A DNA stretch of 64,000 nt from Nitrospirota bacterium (GTDB taxonomy: Bacteria; Nitrospirota; UBA9217), in assembly GCA_963845065.1 (NCBI GenBank), contig CAWJQQ010000005.1, forward strand, positions 128,001 to 192,000. The letters run 5' to 3'. Both the position numbers and the translations under genes were made by a program. Shown here piece by piece: positions 54,483-64,000 of the stretch (the first letter of the stretch is position 1; each line of letters starts with the position of its first letter). The notes beneath the pieces were generated by a model. It was not told the origin of the DNA. It saw only the letters and a program-made list of their open reading frames with translations, and did no database searches.

Positions 54483-55232
54483 ATGGCGGATATAGCAAAG
54501 AAACTAATTTTAATGCTTTGCTGCTTGGTTTTTCTTGCATCCTGCTTGGCGAAAAAACCTACAATTGCAGCTGAATCCCCACAGTCTAAAACTAAAGCGT
54601 ACCAAAAGCCCTATACTGTCAACGGTATGCGATATGAACCCTTGGCAAGTAATGAAGGTTTTGTGCAGACCGGGATAGCAAGCTGGTATGGAAAAGACTT
54701 TCACGGAAAGAAGACAAGCAATGGGGAGAGGTATGATATGAACGCCATGACCGCTGCACACAAGACGCTTCCGCTCGGCGTGTACGTTAAAATCAGGAAC
54801 ACTAACAACGGAAATGAAGCAATCGTACGAGTCAATGACCGAGGCCCTTTTGTGAAGGGCAGGATTATTGACCTTTCCTATGCAGCTGCGAAGAAACTAG
54901 GTGTAGACATCGTGGGGACTGCTCCGGTCAGGATCGAGGCGTTGGGCTATCGGGCCAGCGGAGATAAAACCTATCGAACCCCAGACTCGTACGATGCCGG
55001 CAACTATACGGTTCAGGTCGGATCATTCAAGGAATATGGCAATGCGCACCGCTTATGTGAAGAAATGAAAAAACGCTACGGTTTTTCGGAAGTTCACATG
55101 ACGAATGTCCATAGAGATAAATTCTACCGGGTCTATGCAGGTAATTATCCTTCACTCCATGTAGCGGAAAAAGCCGAAAGGGAATTTTCTGACCACGGAT
55201 ATCCCGGAAGCTTTACGGTATCACTTGACTGA
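54483..55232 (+). CDS. rlpA: Septal lytic transglycosylase RlpA with SPOR domain
   Basis: Lipobox LASC, GIASWYG, TAAHKTLP, VNDRGPF..RIIDLS, VQVGSF. Confidence 0.93.
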   Translation: MADIAKKLILMLCCLVFLASCLAKKPTIAAESPQSKTKAYQKPYTVNGMRYEPLASNEGFVQTGIASWYGKDFHGKKTSNGERYDMNAMTAAHKTLPLGVYVKIRNTNNGNEAIVRVNDRGPFVKGRIIDLSYAAAKKLGVDIVGTAPVRIEALGYRASGDKTYRTPDSYDAGNYTVQVGSFKEYGNAHRLCEEMKKRYGFSEVHMTNVHRDKFYRVYAGNYPSLHVAEKAEREFSDHGYPGSFTVSLD

Positions 55233-55475
55233 CAATAAGAAGCCTGTAACGAAGCGTTTTAAAAAGCAAGCCTATCTGTTCTGACATCTAAGTGATTCCG
55301 ATGACTCCCTTAGTGATGTAAGCCTACCTCATTAGTGCCTCGGTACTAGCAACGATAGCGTCTTTTTGGAAGATAATGTCAATGTCGGGGAAATTGCCAG
55401 CAATATATTCTCAAAACAAGGGCTTTCCACAATATAGCCATACTTGAAAAAATGCAGTATGTTCCGATATATTAC

Positions 55476-58400
55476 TTATTTGTTTTTCTCGCACCAGGCG
55501 TGTGCATTTTGGAACATCTTAAGCCAGGGAGAGGCTTTTAGTGACTTTTTGACGTCCTCGGGTATCCATCCCCACTGCCAGGTAAGTACGACGCGCTCGG
55601 GATGGGGCATCATGGCAAGGTGACGTCCGTCAGTTGAGCAAAGCGCAGCGATACCGTTCGGTGAACCGTTCGGATTGAAGGGATAGGTTTCAGTGATTTT
55701 GGATTCATCATCAACGTAGCGGATTGGAGCTAGTCCAAACTCGCATTCGTTGTACATGTGTGTGTCAGGGAAGTACACGAGGCCCTCACCATGTGCGATC
55801 CAGATGCCGAGCACGGAGTTCTCCATGCCAGCGAGCATGATTGACGGGCTGTTTACTATCTTCACGGTCGAGAAGCGCGACTCGAATCGACCTGACGTGT
55901 TGTGGATGAAGCGCGGCTGGAGTTCGTCGGCAATACCTCGCCAAGGCACCCAACCTAAGAGTGCCATGAGCTGGCAGCCGTTGCATACACCGAGGCTGAA
56001 CGTATTAGAGCGGTAGTAAAATTTTTCAAACTGGTTCCAAAGCTTTTTATTAAACCGAATAGACGCAGACCAGCCCTTGGCGGAATCTAGCACATCGGCA
56101 TAGCTGAACCCACCGACAAAGACCACTCCACGAAATTGGTCGAGGGTAATGCGGCCTTCGAGCAGGTCTGTCACTGTCACGTCCCAAGGTTCGAACCCGG
56201 CGAGAAAAAATGCAGAAGCCATCTCGCGATCGCCATTGCTTCCCTCTTCACGGATGATAGCGACTTTGGGTTTTGATGTTCTGCAGAGTAGATCAACTGC
56301 GGTTAGTTTCGGTGCAAAGGTAATGAGAAAGGACGGACCTTTTCTATCATAGATATTATTTCGTTCTTCTCGGATGTTTTCAGGGTTCCGCTGCATGAGA
56401 TCAAGATGGTGGCTCGTTTCTTCCCAGATGTTGCGGAGCACGCGCATGTCTTCATCTAAAACAGTGCAGAAGGTGGAACCCAGAGTGCTGAATGAAAAGA
56501 TGATTCGTTTAGCTAAGGCTGTTTTGCCGATTACTTTATAGGGCACTGCAGCTTTATCCAGTATAGAAAAGACTTTTGATTCCTCCGACGGAAGATATTC
56601 CATCACAAACCCGAGTTCTTCGGAAAAAAAAGCGGCCACGGCGTCATTCTTTGCTTCAAGGTTGATCTCGATTCCGCAGTTTCCGGAGAAGGCCATTTCG
56701 AGCAGCGTAGTTGCGAGACCTCCATCCGAACGGTCATGGCCGGCAAGAATAAGCCTGTCTGCTATAAGATTCTGCACAGCTATAAACGTTCTCGTCAGAA
56801 GATCGGGATCATCGAGATCAGGAGATGTATCTCCGACCTGGTTGAAAACCTGTGCGAGCGCTGAGCCACCGAGTCGATTTTGTCCAGAGCCAAGGTCGAT
56901 ATAGAGAAGCTTGCTTTTACCTGGCGCTTTAAGGTCCGGTGTCACCGTCTTGGTGATATCCGGGCAAGTAACGTAAGCAGAAATCACAAGCGTTCCGGGA
57001 GATTTCACGGTTTCATTCGTGCCGTCAGGGTTTGTAACTTTGGCGGCCATGGATAGGCTGTCCTTACCACCATCAACTGCTATGCCGAGCTCAATCATTA
57101 CGTCGCGCATGGCTACAGCGGCATCGTATAGCCGGCTGCCCTCGCCCGGAAGTTTCGGGGCCCACATCCAGTTTGCTGAGCAGCGGATGTCGCCGAGAGC
57201 AGATACCTGCGCCCAGACGATGTTCGTGAGCGCCTCGCCAACGCTCATTCTGGCCATAGCAGCCGGGTTGATCAATCCTTTTATCGGCTGTTCGCCGATG
57301 GAGCAAGCGGCACCGGTTAAGCCAAAGTGGGACTGCGCGATCACGGCCACATCGGACACTGTAAGCTGCAAGGGGCCTGCGCATTGCTGTTGGGCGATGA
57401 GGCCGGTTACTGAACGATCGACCTTGTTCGTGAGGAAGCGCTTGGAGCCCACCGAGACAAGGCGCAACACGCGGTCCAGAACTTTCCGGACAGTTAGGTC
57501 TTTTGGAAGGTCAAGCGGTTTAAGTGATATCTCCCTTCGGTCTAGTTTGAACACCTTTTGAGGCATGTCGCCGAGAACCTTAGCGAGTTCTAGGTTCTCC
57601 GGCGTCGATTTGTCGAATTCATCATAGAGTGCAATATAGCCGTCGCCAGTAACCGTGCCAATTTCGGCCATGGGTACCTTTTCGCGTTCACAAAGCGATC
57701 TGAAAAGGCTTTGATGCTCTGGCTTCAAGAGTACAGCGTTCTGTTCTTGATACTCGGCACCCCAAATCTCGAGGACTGAGAGTGTATTGTCTCCGACAGG
57801 AATGTGTCGAATATCAATCTTTGCACCAGCCGGGTAAACGATTTCTTTTACAACATTACAATTGCCTCCAGCACCCTGGTCGTGGATGCTCTGGATCGGG
57901 TTTCTCTCACCAAGCTCAACGCACGCGCGGATCACCCGGTTTAGTTTCTGCTCCATCTCGGCGTCTCCGCGCTGGACAGCGTTAAAATCAAGCTCTGCTA
58001 TGTTTTCGCCTTGAATCATGGATGAAGCAGCGCCACCGCCCATGCCAATGCGGTACGCAGGACCGCCGATCTTTACGACGAGCATTCCTTTTTGGGCTAC
58101 GGTCTTCTTGGTATTGAGCGAGTCCATCTGACCGATGCCAGCGGAGAACATGATCGGCTTTAGCCACTCACGTCGTTCGCCGTCAGGAAGCCGAAGGCCG
58201 AAAGAGCGCGTGAATCCTTGTATGACCGGCTCGCCAAACTTGTTGCCGTAGTCCGAGGCACCGTTGCTTGCCTCAAGCTCGATCTGGAGAGGCGTCGCAA
58301 GATTATTAGGATATGCATAGGACGTATCTTCCCACGAAAGTTCATATCCCGGGATGCAGAGGTTGCCTACGCAGTAAGCCGCAGTGCCTGCTACAACGAG

Positions 58401-59432
58401 CCCGCCCGTGCCGGTTGCTTGAACATCGCGGATGCGGCCTCCGGTGCCAGTCTCGGCCCCCGGGAAAGGTGCTACGCCTGAGGGAAAATTATGGGTTTCC
58501 GCAGTAAGAATGATATGATATTTTCGATTCGTTACACGGAATGCCGAAGGTTTGCCGATCACCTTGGGAATGATTGTCGTAAGGTCGTAGCCTTCTATCG
58601 CGCTCGAATTATCGCTGAAGGCTATGATGCTGTTGTTTGGATTAGCCTCATAGGTTGCCTTGACGATCTTCATCAAGGTCTCCGGGACCTCTCTATTATC
58701 CACTATGAGCTTGCCTCGGAAGAACCAGTGGCGAGAGTGTTCGCTGTTCGATTGCGAAAGGTCGAAGCATTCCACATTAGTCGGGTTACGCTTGATCTCT
58801 TTTACGAAGAGGTTCGTGTAATAATCAAGGTCCCAGTTATCAAGGCCAAGGCCCATTTCCTGGTTGATCTTTTCAAGCGCAGGTCTCCCCTGCTCCATAA
58901 GAGGTATGATGCGGACCGGGTCTGGCTTGATCCCGGTTTCGAAAGTTCTGAGTGGAACGGGATAAGGACATTCTGTCATGCGGTCATGAACAAGTGACAA
59001 GAATGCGTTCTCCTGGTCCTTTGTTAACGAGATATTCGCAGCTAGCCAAAGACGGTAGCGTCGTGACCTCTCGATTCGCGAAATTTTACTAAGTCCGCAG
59101 GCATGGCAGACCGATACGGCGTTCGTTGACCAGGCTGTTGTGAAGTTCATGCGGGGTCCGACTTCAAGAATCAATTGCGGATTGGAGATTATGGATTGCG
59201 GAGTGAAAAAAGTCTTGTCTGAGAAATTTCCGGGCTCGAAGGTCTCAGCAAGGAGCCAGCGCAGTAAATGCATCTCGTCGCCTGTCAAACGGCTGTCAGC
59301 CGCGACATTAAAGCAGAATTCGGTCTCGATTGCGTTGATGGCGGGTGACACTTTATGCTGTGCTATCACGACTAGGCCGGCAGCCTGGTAGGCCGATAGG
59401 GCAGGTGTGCGATAGAGATGAAAGAGGGCCAT
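55476..59432 (-). CDS. purL: Large-type FGAM synthase (fused PurL)
   Basis: NSEHSRH, ETHNFP, HDQGAGG, GGKDSLSM, GVCNGCQ, MPHPER. Confidence 0.96.
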   Translation of the reverse strand: MALFHLYRTPALSAYQAAGLVVIAQHKVSPAINAIETEFCFNVAADSRLTGDEMHLLRWLLAETFEPGNFSDKTFFTPQSIISNPQLILEVGPRMNFTTAWSTNAVSVCHACGLSKISRIERSRRYRLWLAANISLTKDQENAFLSLVHDRMTECPYPVPLRTFETGIKPDPVRIIPLMEQGRPALEKINQEMGLGLDNWDLDYYTNLFVKEIKRNPTNVECFDLSQSNSEHSRHWFFRGKLIVDNREVPETLMKIVKATYEANPNNSIIAFSDNSSAIEGYDLTTIIPKVIGKPSAFRVTNRKYHIILTAETHNFPSGVAPFPGAETGTGGRIRDVQATGTGGLVVAGTAAYCVGNLCIPGYELSWEDTSYAYPNNLATPLQIELEASNGASDYGNKFGEPVIQGFTRSFGLRLPDGERREWLKPIMFSAGIGQMDSLNTKKTVAQKGMLVVKIGGPAYRIGMGGGAASSMIQGENIAELDFNAVQRGDAEMEQKLNRVIRACVELGERNPIQSIHDQGAGGNCNVVKEIVYPAGAKIDIRHIPVGDNTLSVLEIWGAEYQEQNAVLLKPEHQSLFRSLCEREKVPMAEIGTVTGDGYIALYDEFDKSTPENLELAKVLGDMPQKVFKLDRREISLKPLDLPKDLTVRKVLDRVLRLVSVGSKRFLTNKVDRSVTGLIAQQQCAGPLQLTVSDVAVIAQSHFGLTGAACSIGEQPIKGLINPAAMARMSVGEALTNIVWAQVSALGDIRCSANWMWAPKLPGEGSRLYDAAVAMRDVMIELGIAVDGGKDSLSMAAKVTNPDGTNETVKSPGTLVISAYVTCPDITKTVTPDLKAPGKSKLLYIDLGSGQNRLGGSALAQVFNQVGDTSPDLDDPDLLTRTFIAVQNLIADRLILAGHDRSDGGLATTLLEMAFSGNCGIEINLEAKNDAVAAFFSEELGFVMEYLPSEESKVFSILDKAAVPYKVIGKTALAKRIIFSFSTLGSTFCTVLDEDMRVLRNIWEETSHHLDLMQRNPENIREERNNIYDRKGPSFLITFAPKLTAVDLLCRTSKPKVAIIREEGSNGDREMASAFFLAGFEPWDVTVTDLLEGRITLDQFRGVVFVGGFSYADVLDSAKGWSASIRFNKKLWNQFEKFYYRSNTFSLGVCNGCQLMALLGWVPWRGIADELQPRFIHNTSGRFESRFSTVKIVNSPSIMLAGMENSVLGIWIAHGEGLVYFPDTHMYNECEFGLAPIRYVDDESKITETYPFNPNGSPNGIAALCSTDGRHLAMMPHPERVVLTWQWGWIPEDVKKSLKASPWLKMFQNAHAWCEKNK

Positions 59433-59606
59433 AATTGTCTCGTTATTGTATTCCAGTGATTCGATAGGGACAGCGGAAACAGGAAATACAGAGAATGTGA
59501 GAAAGTGGGGGAAGTAAGAATTGATTAAAAACAGGTGTTTTTTTTCGCCTCCCCTTTTTCTTCACATTTTTGTCGTTTTGTTCAAGCTCGTTAGCAATCG
59601 AAAGGG

Positions 59607-60002
59607 TTACCGGTCTGTCAGCGACACGACCTTCTGCTCAACGGCCTTCGCCTCTTTCGGCATTTCACATTTTCCATTAAAGATAACACCCTCTTCAATG
59701 ATGAGCTTCGGCGTTCTTACGTTGCCCTCGATACTGGCTGGGGCGATGACATGTACTTTCTGGGCTGCGTTAATGTTACCCACGACCGTGCCGCTTGAAA
59801 TGAGCGTTCCGACGGTAATTTCACCCTTTAGGAATGCGCCATCTCCGGCTATCAAGGTGTCTTTAGAGACAACCTCCCCTTCGACTTTGCCGTCGACACG
59901 GATAGTGCCTTCGAAACTGAGCACTCCCTTGAACTCTGTGCCCTTGCCAAGGAACGCAGTGATCTCAGACTGTTCCGGTGATCCTGAACCTTTCTTCAAC
60001 AT
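59607..60002 (-). CDS. Bactofilin (polymer-forming cytoskeletal protein)
   Basis: FLGKGTEFKG.L.FEG..RVDG beta-helix repeats, IEEGVIFNG.C.M. Confidence 0.9.
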   Translation of the reverse strand: MLKKGSGSPEQSEITAFLGKGTEFKGVLSFEGTIRVDGKVEGEVVSKDTLIAGDGAFLKGEITVGTLISSGTVVGNINAAQKVHVIAPASIEGNVRTPKLIIEEGVIFNGKCEMPKEAKAVEQKVVSLTDR

Positions 60003-60129
60003 GAATACATCCTCCTCGAAAGATCTCAAATTGCTTTTACCATGAAGTCGCTACGATGCGAAGTACTTCGAAGTTCTGTATTTTCACATCATGCCTCGGT
60101 TTCTTTGTTATAAATAAGTGTATTATTTA

Positions 60130-60975
60130 TTATCCTATCCTCTCCAGGATCCGGTCCAACTCCGCAGGCGAGTAATACTCGATCACAATTCTGCCACCTT
60201 TCGATTTCGACGTGATGCTCACCTTGGTGCCGAGCGATTTCCTGAGTTTTTCTTCGACCGCTTTCAGCTCTTGGTTTTGCCCTGTTCTCTTTTCTTTCGG
60301 CGGGCTTTTGAGCCGCGAGGCAAGAGCCTCCGACTCTCGCACGGATAGACTCTTTCTCACAATCAAGGTCGCCACCTGGAGCTGGTCGCGTACGCGCTCG
60401 AGGGACAATAGTGCCTTAGCGTGACCCATACTTATTGCACCTGTAGCGAGATCATGCTTGACCTCTTTCGGCAGTCCAAGCAGGCGAAGGAAGTTCGTAA
60501 CCGTCGAGCGTTCTTTTCCGACCCGCTTTGCAAGATCTTCCTGAGTTAGCTTAAACTCGTCTAGGAGCCGTTTGTACGCCTCGGCTGCTTCGAGAGGGTT
60601 CAGGTCTTCGCGCTGAATATTTTCTATCAGCGCCATCTCGAGGAACTCGCGCTTGGTGGCTTCTTTTACGAGTGCAGGGATAGTCTTGAGCCCGGCGAGA
60701 CGCGACGCGCGCCATCTCCGTTCTCCGGCGATCAATTGAAAGCCGCTGACTGCCCGGTGCACGATGATTGGCTGGATCACACCCTGCTCTTTGATCGAAG
60801 CAGCAAGCTCCTGCAGCTTGTCGTCACTGAAAATCTTGCGCGGCTGATATTCGTTTGGGACGATCTTGTCCAGATCAATCTCAATGATTCCGAGCGCTTT
60901 CTTCTCCTTGTCATCGAGTAAAGACAAATCGGGAATGAGCGCGCCGAGACCTTTACCGAGCGCCTGCTTTTGCAT
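60130..60975 (-). CDS. parB: Chromosome partition protein ParB
   Basis: [30 protein letters not shown]. Confidence 0.96.
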   Translation of the reverse strand: MQKQALGKGLGALIPDLSLLDDKEKKALGIIEIDLDKIVPNEYQPRKIFSDDKLQELAASIKEQGVIQPIIVHRAVSGFQLIAGERRWRASRLAGLKTIPALVKEATKREFLEMALIENIQREDLNPLEAAEAYKRLLDEFKLTQEDLAKRVGKERSTVTNFLRLLGLPKEVKHDLATGAISMGHAKALLSLERVRDQLQVATLIVRKSLSVRESEALASRLKSPPKEKRTGQNQELKAVEEKLRKSLGTKVSITSKSKGGRIVIEYYSPAELDRILERIG

Positions 60976-61729
60976 TACTGATGACCTCCTTCGCAAGTTC
61001 TAGGTAGCTTTGCGCTCCGCGGGATCGGATGTCGTAAAGTAGCACGGGCTTGCCATGGCTCGGCGCTTCGGAGAGGGCTACGTTCCGGTGAATGATCGTA
61101 GTATAAACTTTGTTTCCAAAATATTTTCTTACCTCTCTCGCCACCTGGTCGGCCAGGTTGTTCCTGCTGTCGTACATGGTGAGGAGCACACCTTCAATGG
61201 CAAGTTCGGGATTGAGGTCTTGCTTGATAAGTTTAATAGTGTTCATGAGCGCTGATAGACCTTCGAGCGCGTAATATTCGCATTGCACGGGGATGATTAC
61301 TCCATCGGCTGCCGTGAGAGCATTCACAGTCAGAAGTCCGAGTGACGGGGGGCAGTCAATAAAAATGTAATCGTAATTGTCCTTTGCTGTTGCTAGCACT
61401 TTCTTCAATACGCGCTCGCGGGCGATCATCTGAATGAGTTCCACTTCGACGCCGACGAGATCGATCTTTGCCGGGACAACATCTAGCCAAGGGAAGTGGG
61501 TTGATTTTTTTACGTCCTGGAGTGATTTTTTGCCGGTAAACAGGTCATAAGTACTTCCATTAATATCGTTCCGGTCAATACCCATGCCGCTCGTTGAGTT
61601 ACCCTGCGGATCGGAGTCAACGAGAAGCACCTTTTTTTCCGCTGCAGCAAGTGAGGCGGCAATATTCACGGTGGTCGTAGTTTTGCCTACCCCGCCCTTT
61701 TGATTAGCGATAGCAATGACTCTGCCCAT
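60953..61729 (-). CDS. parA: Chromosome partition ATPase ParA/Soj
   Basis: [31 protein letters not shown]. Confidence 0.96.
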   Translation of the reverse strand: MGRVIAIANQKGGVGKTTTTVNIAASLAAAEKKVLLVDSDPQGNSTSGMGIDRNDINGSTYDLFTGKKSLQDVKKSTHFPWLDVVPAKIDLVGVEVELIQMIARERVLKKVLATAKDNYDYIFIDCPPSLGLLTVNALTAADGVIIPVQCEYYALEGLSALMNTIKLIKQDLNPELAIEGVLLTMYDSRNNLADQVAREVRKYFGNKVYTTIIHRNVALSEAPSHGKPVLLYDIRSRGAQSYLELAKEVISNAKAGAR

Positions 61730-61891
61730 TATTTCTTATCATCTCCCGACACTACAGGTTTAGAGCCGGAATACTTTACCATAAGGTAATAATAAAAGGA
61801 AGGGAAAAACATGGATAATGGCCTGAAACCTCGGTTACCATACTGCTTGTGCAGCGAGCAAGACAGATTTTTTCATCTACGCCCAAAGGCA

Positions 61892-61907
61892 TGTTCCACG
61901 TGGAACA
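61892..61907. promoter_or_regulatory. parS site
   Basis: Perfect palindrome TGTTCCACGTGGAACA. Confidence 0.93.
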
Positions 61908-61911
61908 TTAA

Positions 61912-63012
61912 CTATACCTGCCCTAATTCCCCACCAGCCGGGCTTACCCGGAGAGACCCGAGTGATAAATGACGGACGGCTGAAACATCTTTCAAAGGAG
62001 TGATTACCCTGAGGGACAGTTCCTTCAAGTCAATCGTACGGAGGATTCCGAGGCCGAGACATAGGTTCAGTTCGTCATTAAGCCCGACGAGCAGATGGTC
62101 CAACTCAGATCGCTTCAGAACCATGACTTCCCGGACATTATATTGTTCCTTAGCTGTGAAGAGTTCGGCTTCAGAATATTCTCCTTCAACAATGATAAAA
62201 AGGCGATCAGCGGCCAGCTCGGCGTGGATTACAATCGCCTGTAATATCTTGGAGATCTTGTTAATGTCCCTGAACCCTAGCCGTTCTCCAGTCCCAAGAC
62301 CGGGGCCGTGAACGCCTACATCGTGAAGTGCTATTTCCTGAAAATCCGCGCCACGGAAATATTCCTTGAAGCGCTGCTCGCGGAATGATCGACGCGCTTC
62401 ACCGGTTGAGACGCGAGCGTCTGGCGATATTGGTATGCGGTGGATCAATAGGCTAGCCCGGTGCGAATGCGGGGCCAGAAGATGCTCGACCTCAGTACCC
62501 TGCTGCAGGGCAATGAGGTGGTGGGGTGATATCATATCGATCTCATGGTATTTAAGTTCGCGTGCAGCACCGCCGTTCACAAGACCGCATGTATTAATAA
62601 GGATAAGGTCAGGTCGTTGTAGTTGTGCCTGGGTTATAAGCTTTTGAAGTCCCGAGATCATTTCGAGTAAACGACCGACCGGTGATGTATTCCCGATAAA
62701 GCTGATAATCATGGGATGTTTTCGCCTGATGAGGTCGGATGCTTCAGCATAAAGCGTGAGCGAGATAGTACTAGGCGGTCCGATAAATGGCTGGCCAGGA
62801 TCTGCGTCGATCCATGCAACCCTTTTCTTGCGGCAGCAGAGTAGATCTGTAAAATAGCTACAATAAGTGGTCTTGCCCGATCCCGGAGCCCCTATCACAA
62901 CTACCGGTCCCTGCTGGTCATAGATATCTTCAACTAGCTCCCGCCACTCGATCGGTATTTTAAGTGCCCTTTCTAACATAATTAGCTCTTTACCAGTAAG
63001 ATGCAAAATCAT
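61912..63012 (-). CDS. Clp1/Grc3/Nol9-family polynucleotide 5'-kinase-like protein (start 63012 or 62979)
   Basis: IGAPGSGKTT, IDADPGQPFIGPP, INTCG, C-terminal LLVGL.D...CLGLG. Confidence 0.8.
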   Translation of the reverse strand: MILHLTGKELIMLERALKIPIEWRELVEDIYDQQGPVVVIGAPGSGKTTYCSYFTDLLCCRKKRVAWIDADPGQPFIGPPSTISLTLYAEASDLIRRKHPMIISFIGNTSPVGRLLEMISGLQKLITQAQLQRPDLILINTCGLVNGGAARELKYHEIDMISPHHLIALQQGTEVEHLLAPHSHRASLLIHRIPISPDARVSTGEARRSFREQRFKEYFRGADFQEIALHDVGVHGPGLGTGERLGFRDINKISKILQAIVIHAELAADRLFIIVEGEYSEAELFTAKEQYNVREVMVLKRSELDHLLVGLNDELNLCLGLGILRTIDLKELSLRVITPLKDVSAVRHLSLGSLRVSPAGGELGQV

Positions 63013-63088
63013 TTGAATAACCCTTATCAGGGTTTTTCTTTGTGACTCAGTTTCTACAGGGTGAAATATTTTAAAATTTTCAATCCGA

Positions 63089-63104
63089 TGTTCCACGTGG
63101 AACA
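63089..63104. promoter_or_regulatory. parS site
   Basis: Perfect palindrome TGTTCCACGTGGAACA. Confidence 0.93.
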
Positions 63105-63106
63105 AT

Positions 63107-63748
63107 TTATATTCGTTTCAATGACCAGATCGCCCTCTTATAATCCGAAAACGGGAGCATCAGATCAATTCTTTTCTCCAGTTCAATTCCGTACGTTGTC
63201 AGTTCCTTTTTATCAAAAGTCTCCTCTGGCCCACGACTCAAGATCAGGTGGCCTCCGTGTTTAAGAAATGGCAGACCAGATATAATAGCCTTGTTTATGT
63301 CCGCAAAAGCCCGGGCAGTAACAACGTCATATAAATTGTGCAGGGTATTGGGGATGTCCTGGGTTCTTTTGTTTTGGACCTCTATGCCGATAAGCTTCAA
63401 TGTTCTTATGATGTGTCTCAGAAATGAGGCTTTCTTTTTGACCGATTCCACCATGGTTACCATAATATCTGGCTGTATGAGTTTGATTGGAATTGCGGGA
63501 AAGCCGGCGCCTGACCCCATATCCAGAAGCTTTAGCCCAAGTGAAGGCGAAAAGCCTTTTATATAGGAAAAAGAATCGAGAACATGCTTGATCACGATAT
63601 CGCGCTCATCTCTTATAGCGGTAAGATTTATCTTTTGGTTCCATTTTGTGAGCTCCATAAGATAAATGAATACCGAGTTTGCCTGCTCCGTTGACAGAGC
63701 GAAGCCAAGTTCCGCCGCACCGGACGTAAGCAAATCTTTCGGAGTCAC
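63107..63748 (-). CDS. rsmG: 16S rRNA m7G527 methyltransferase
   Basis: WNQKINLTAI, HVLDS, DMGSGAGFP, TARAF. Confidence 0.94.
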   Translation of the reverse strand: MTPKDLLTSGAAELGFALSTEQANSVFIYLMELTKWNQKINLTAIRDERDIVIKHVLDSFSYIKGFSPSLGLKLLDMGSGAGFPAIPIKLIQPDIMVTMVESVKKKASFLRHIIRTLKLIGIEVQNKRTQDIPNTLHNLYDVVTARAFADINKAIISGLPFLKHGGHLILSRGPEETFDKKELTTYGIELEKRIDLMLPFSDYKRAIWSLKRI

Positions 63749-63822
63749 GAAGCTATCTCCCAGCCTGAGAAATTTATCTGGTTTATAATAAGAGGTAATA
63801 CACATTCCGATAACCGCAATTT

Positions 63823-64000
63823 CTATTCCTTTCCGCGCTTCTTTTTTTCAAGCGCAACCATAAGGAGTGAGATTGCTGCAGGGGTTACGCCTGATATACG
63901 CGATGCTTGGCCGAGAGAGATTGGCCGCACCTGCTTCAGCCTTTGCTTGACTTCATTACCGAGGCCGATGACAGCATCGTAGTCCATGTCTACGGGGAGG
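63823..64000 (-). CDS. mnmG: MnmG/GidA C-terminus (partial; runs off the window)
   Basis: Manual translation [35 protein letters not shown]. Confidence 0.92.
   Translation of the reverse strand, partial: LPVDMDYDAVIGLGNEVKQRLKQVRPISLGQASRISGVTPAAISLLMVALEKKKRGKE

Noticed and set aside
55240..55380. Possible degenerate MITE/REP-like sequence between rlpA and purL, and similarly at 29520-29575
   Set aside because: No clean terminal inverted repeats or second copy in the window
63013..63105. MFHVEH... N-terminus of the Clp1-like ORF in the track
   Set aside because: MFHVEH is simply the translation of the parS palindrome; the real start is downstream

Overview
Chromosomal origin region of an anaerobic Gram-negative bacterium; a Nitrospirota/deltaproteobacteria-like affiliation is my inference from gene content. 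The left half is core genome: tRNA-Asn, mglAB, porCDAB, recR-ybaB-dnaX, SRP RNA, all four tRNA-Ser plus tRNA-Arg(ACG)/tadA behind serS, and gyrA-gyrB-dnaN-dnaA. An unusually long (about 6.8 kb) dnaA-rpmH interval follows. It holds tusA-dsrE2, an IS200/IS605-type miniature element, hisI, a HIT gene, an intact IS1380 and, right beside the IS, a clear oriC unwinding module (DnaA boxes, DnaA-trios, AT-rich tract) about 4 kb from dnaA. After rpmH-rnpA-yidD-yidC comes the most interesting part, an accessory block of about 25 kb. It encodes a methanogen-like corrinoid methyltransferase system: two Zn-motif MtaA-like enzymes, an MtrH-like enzyme, a corrinoid protein, a RACo/RamA activator, and QueG/RdhA-like and AhpD-like proteins. 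Co-oriented with it are HdrE/HdrD-like genes and the Methanosarcinales-type coenzyme M precursor enzymes cysteate synthase and fused ComDE. Divergent sigma54 promoters, an NtrC-type two-component pair and decayed cobW/tupA genes lie alongside. The right end has rlpA, large-type purL, bactofilin, parB-parA, a Clp1-like kinase between two parS sites, rsmG and the 3' end of mnmG; the mnmG-rsmG-parAB block is inverted relative to yidC. All calls come from manual motif reading; no database searches were run.
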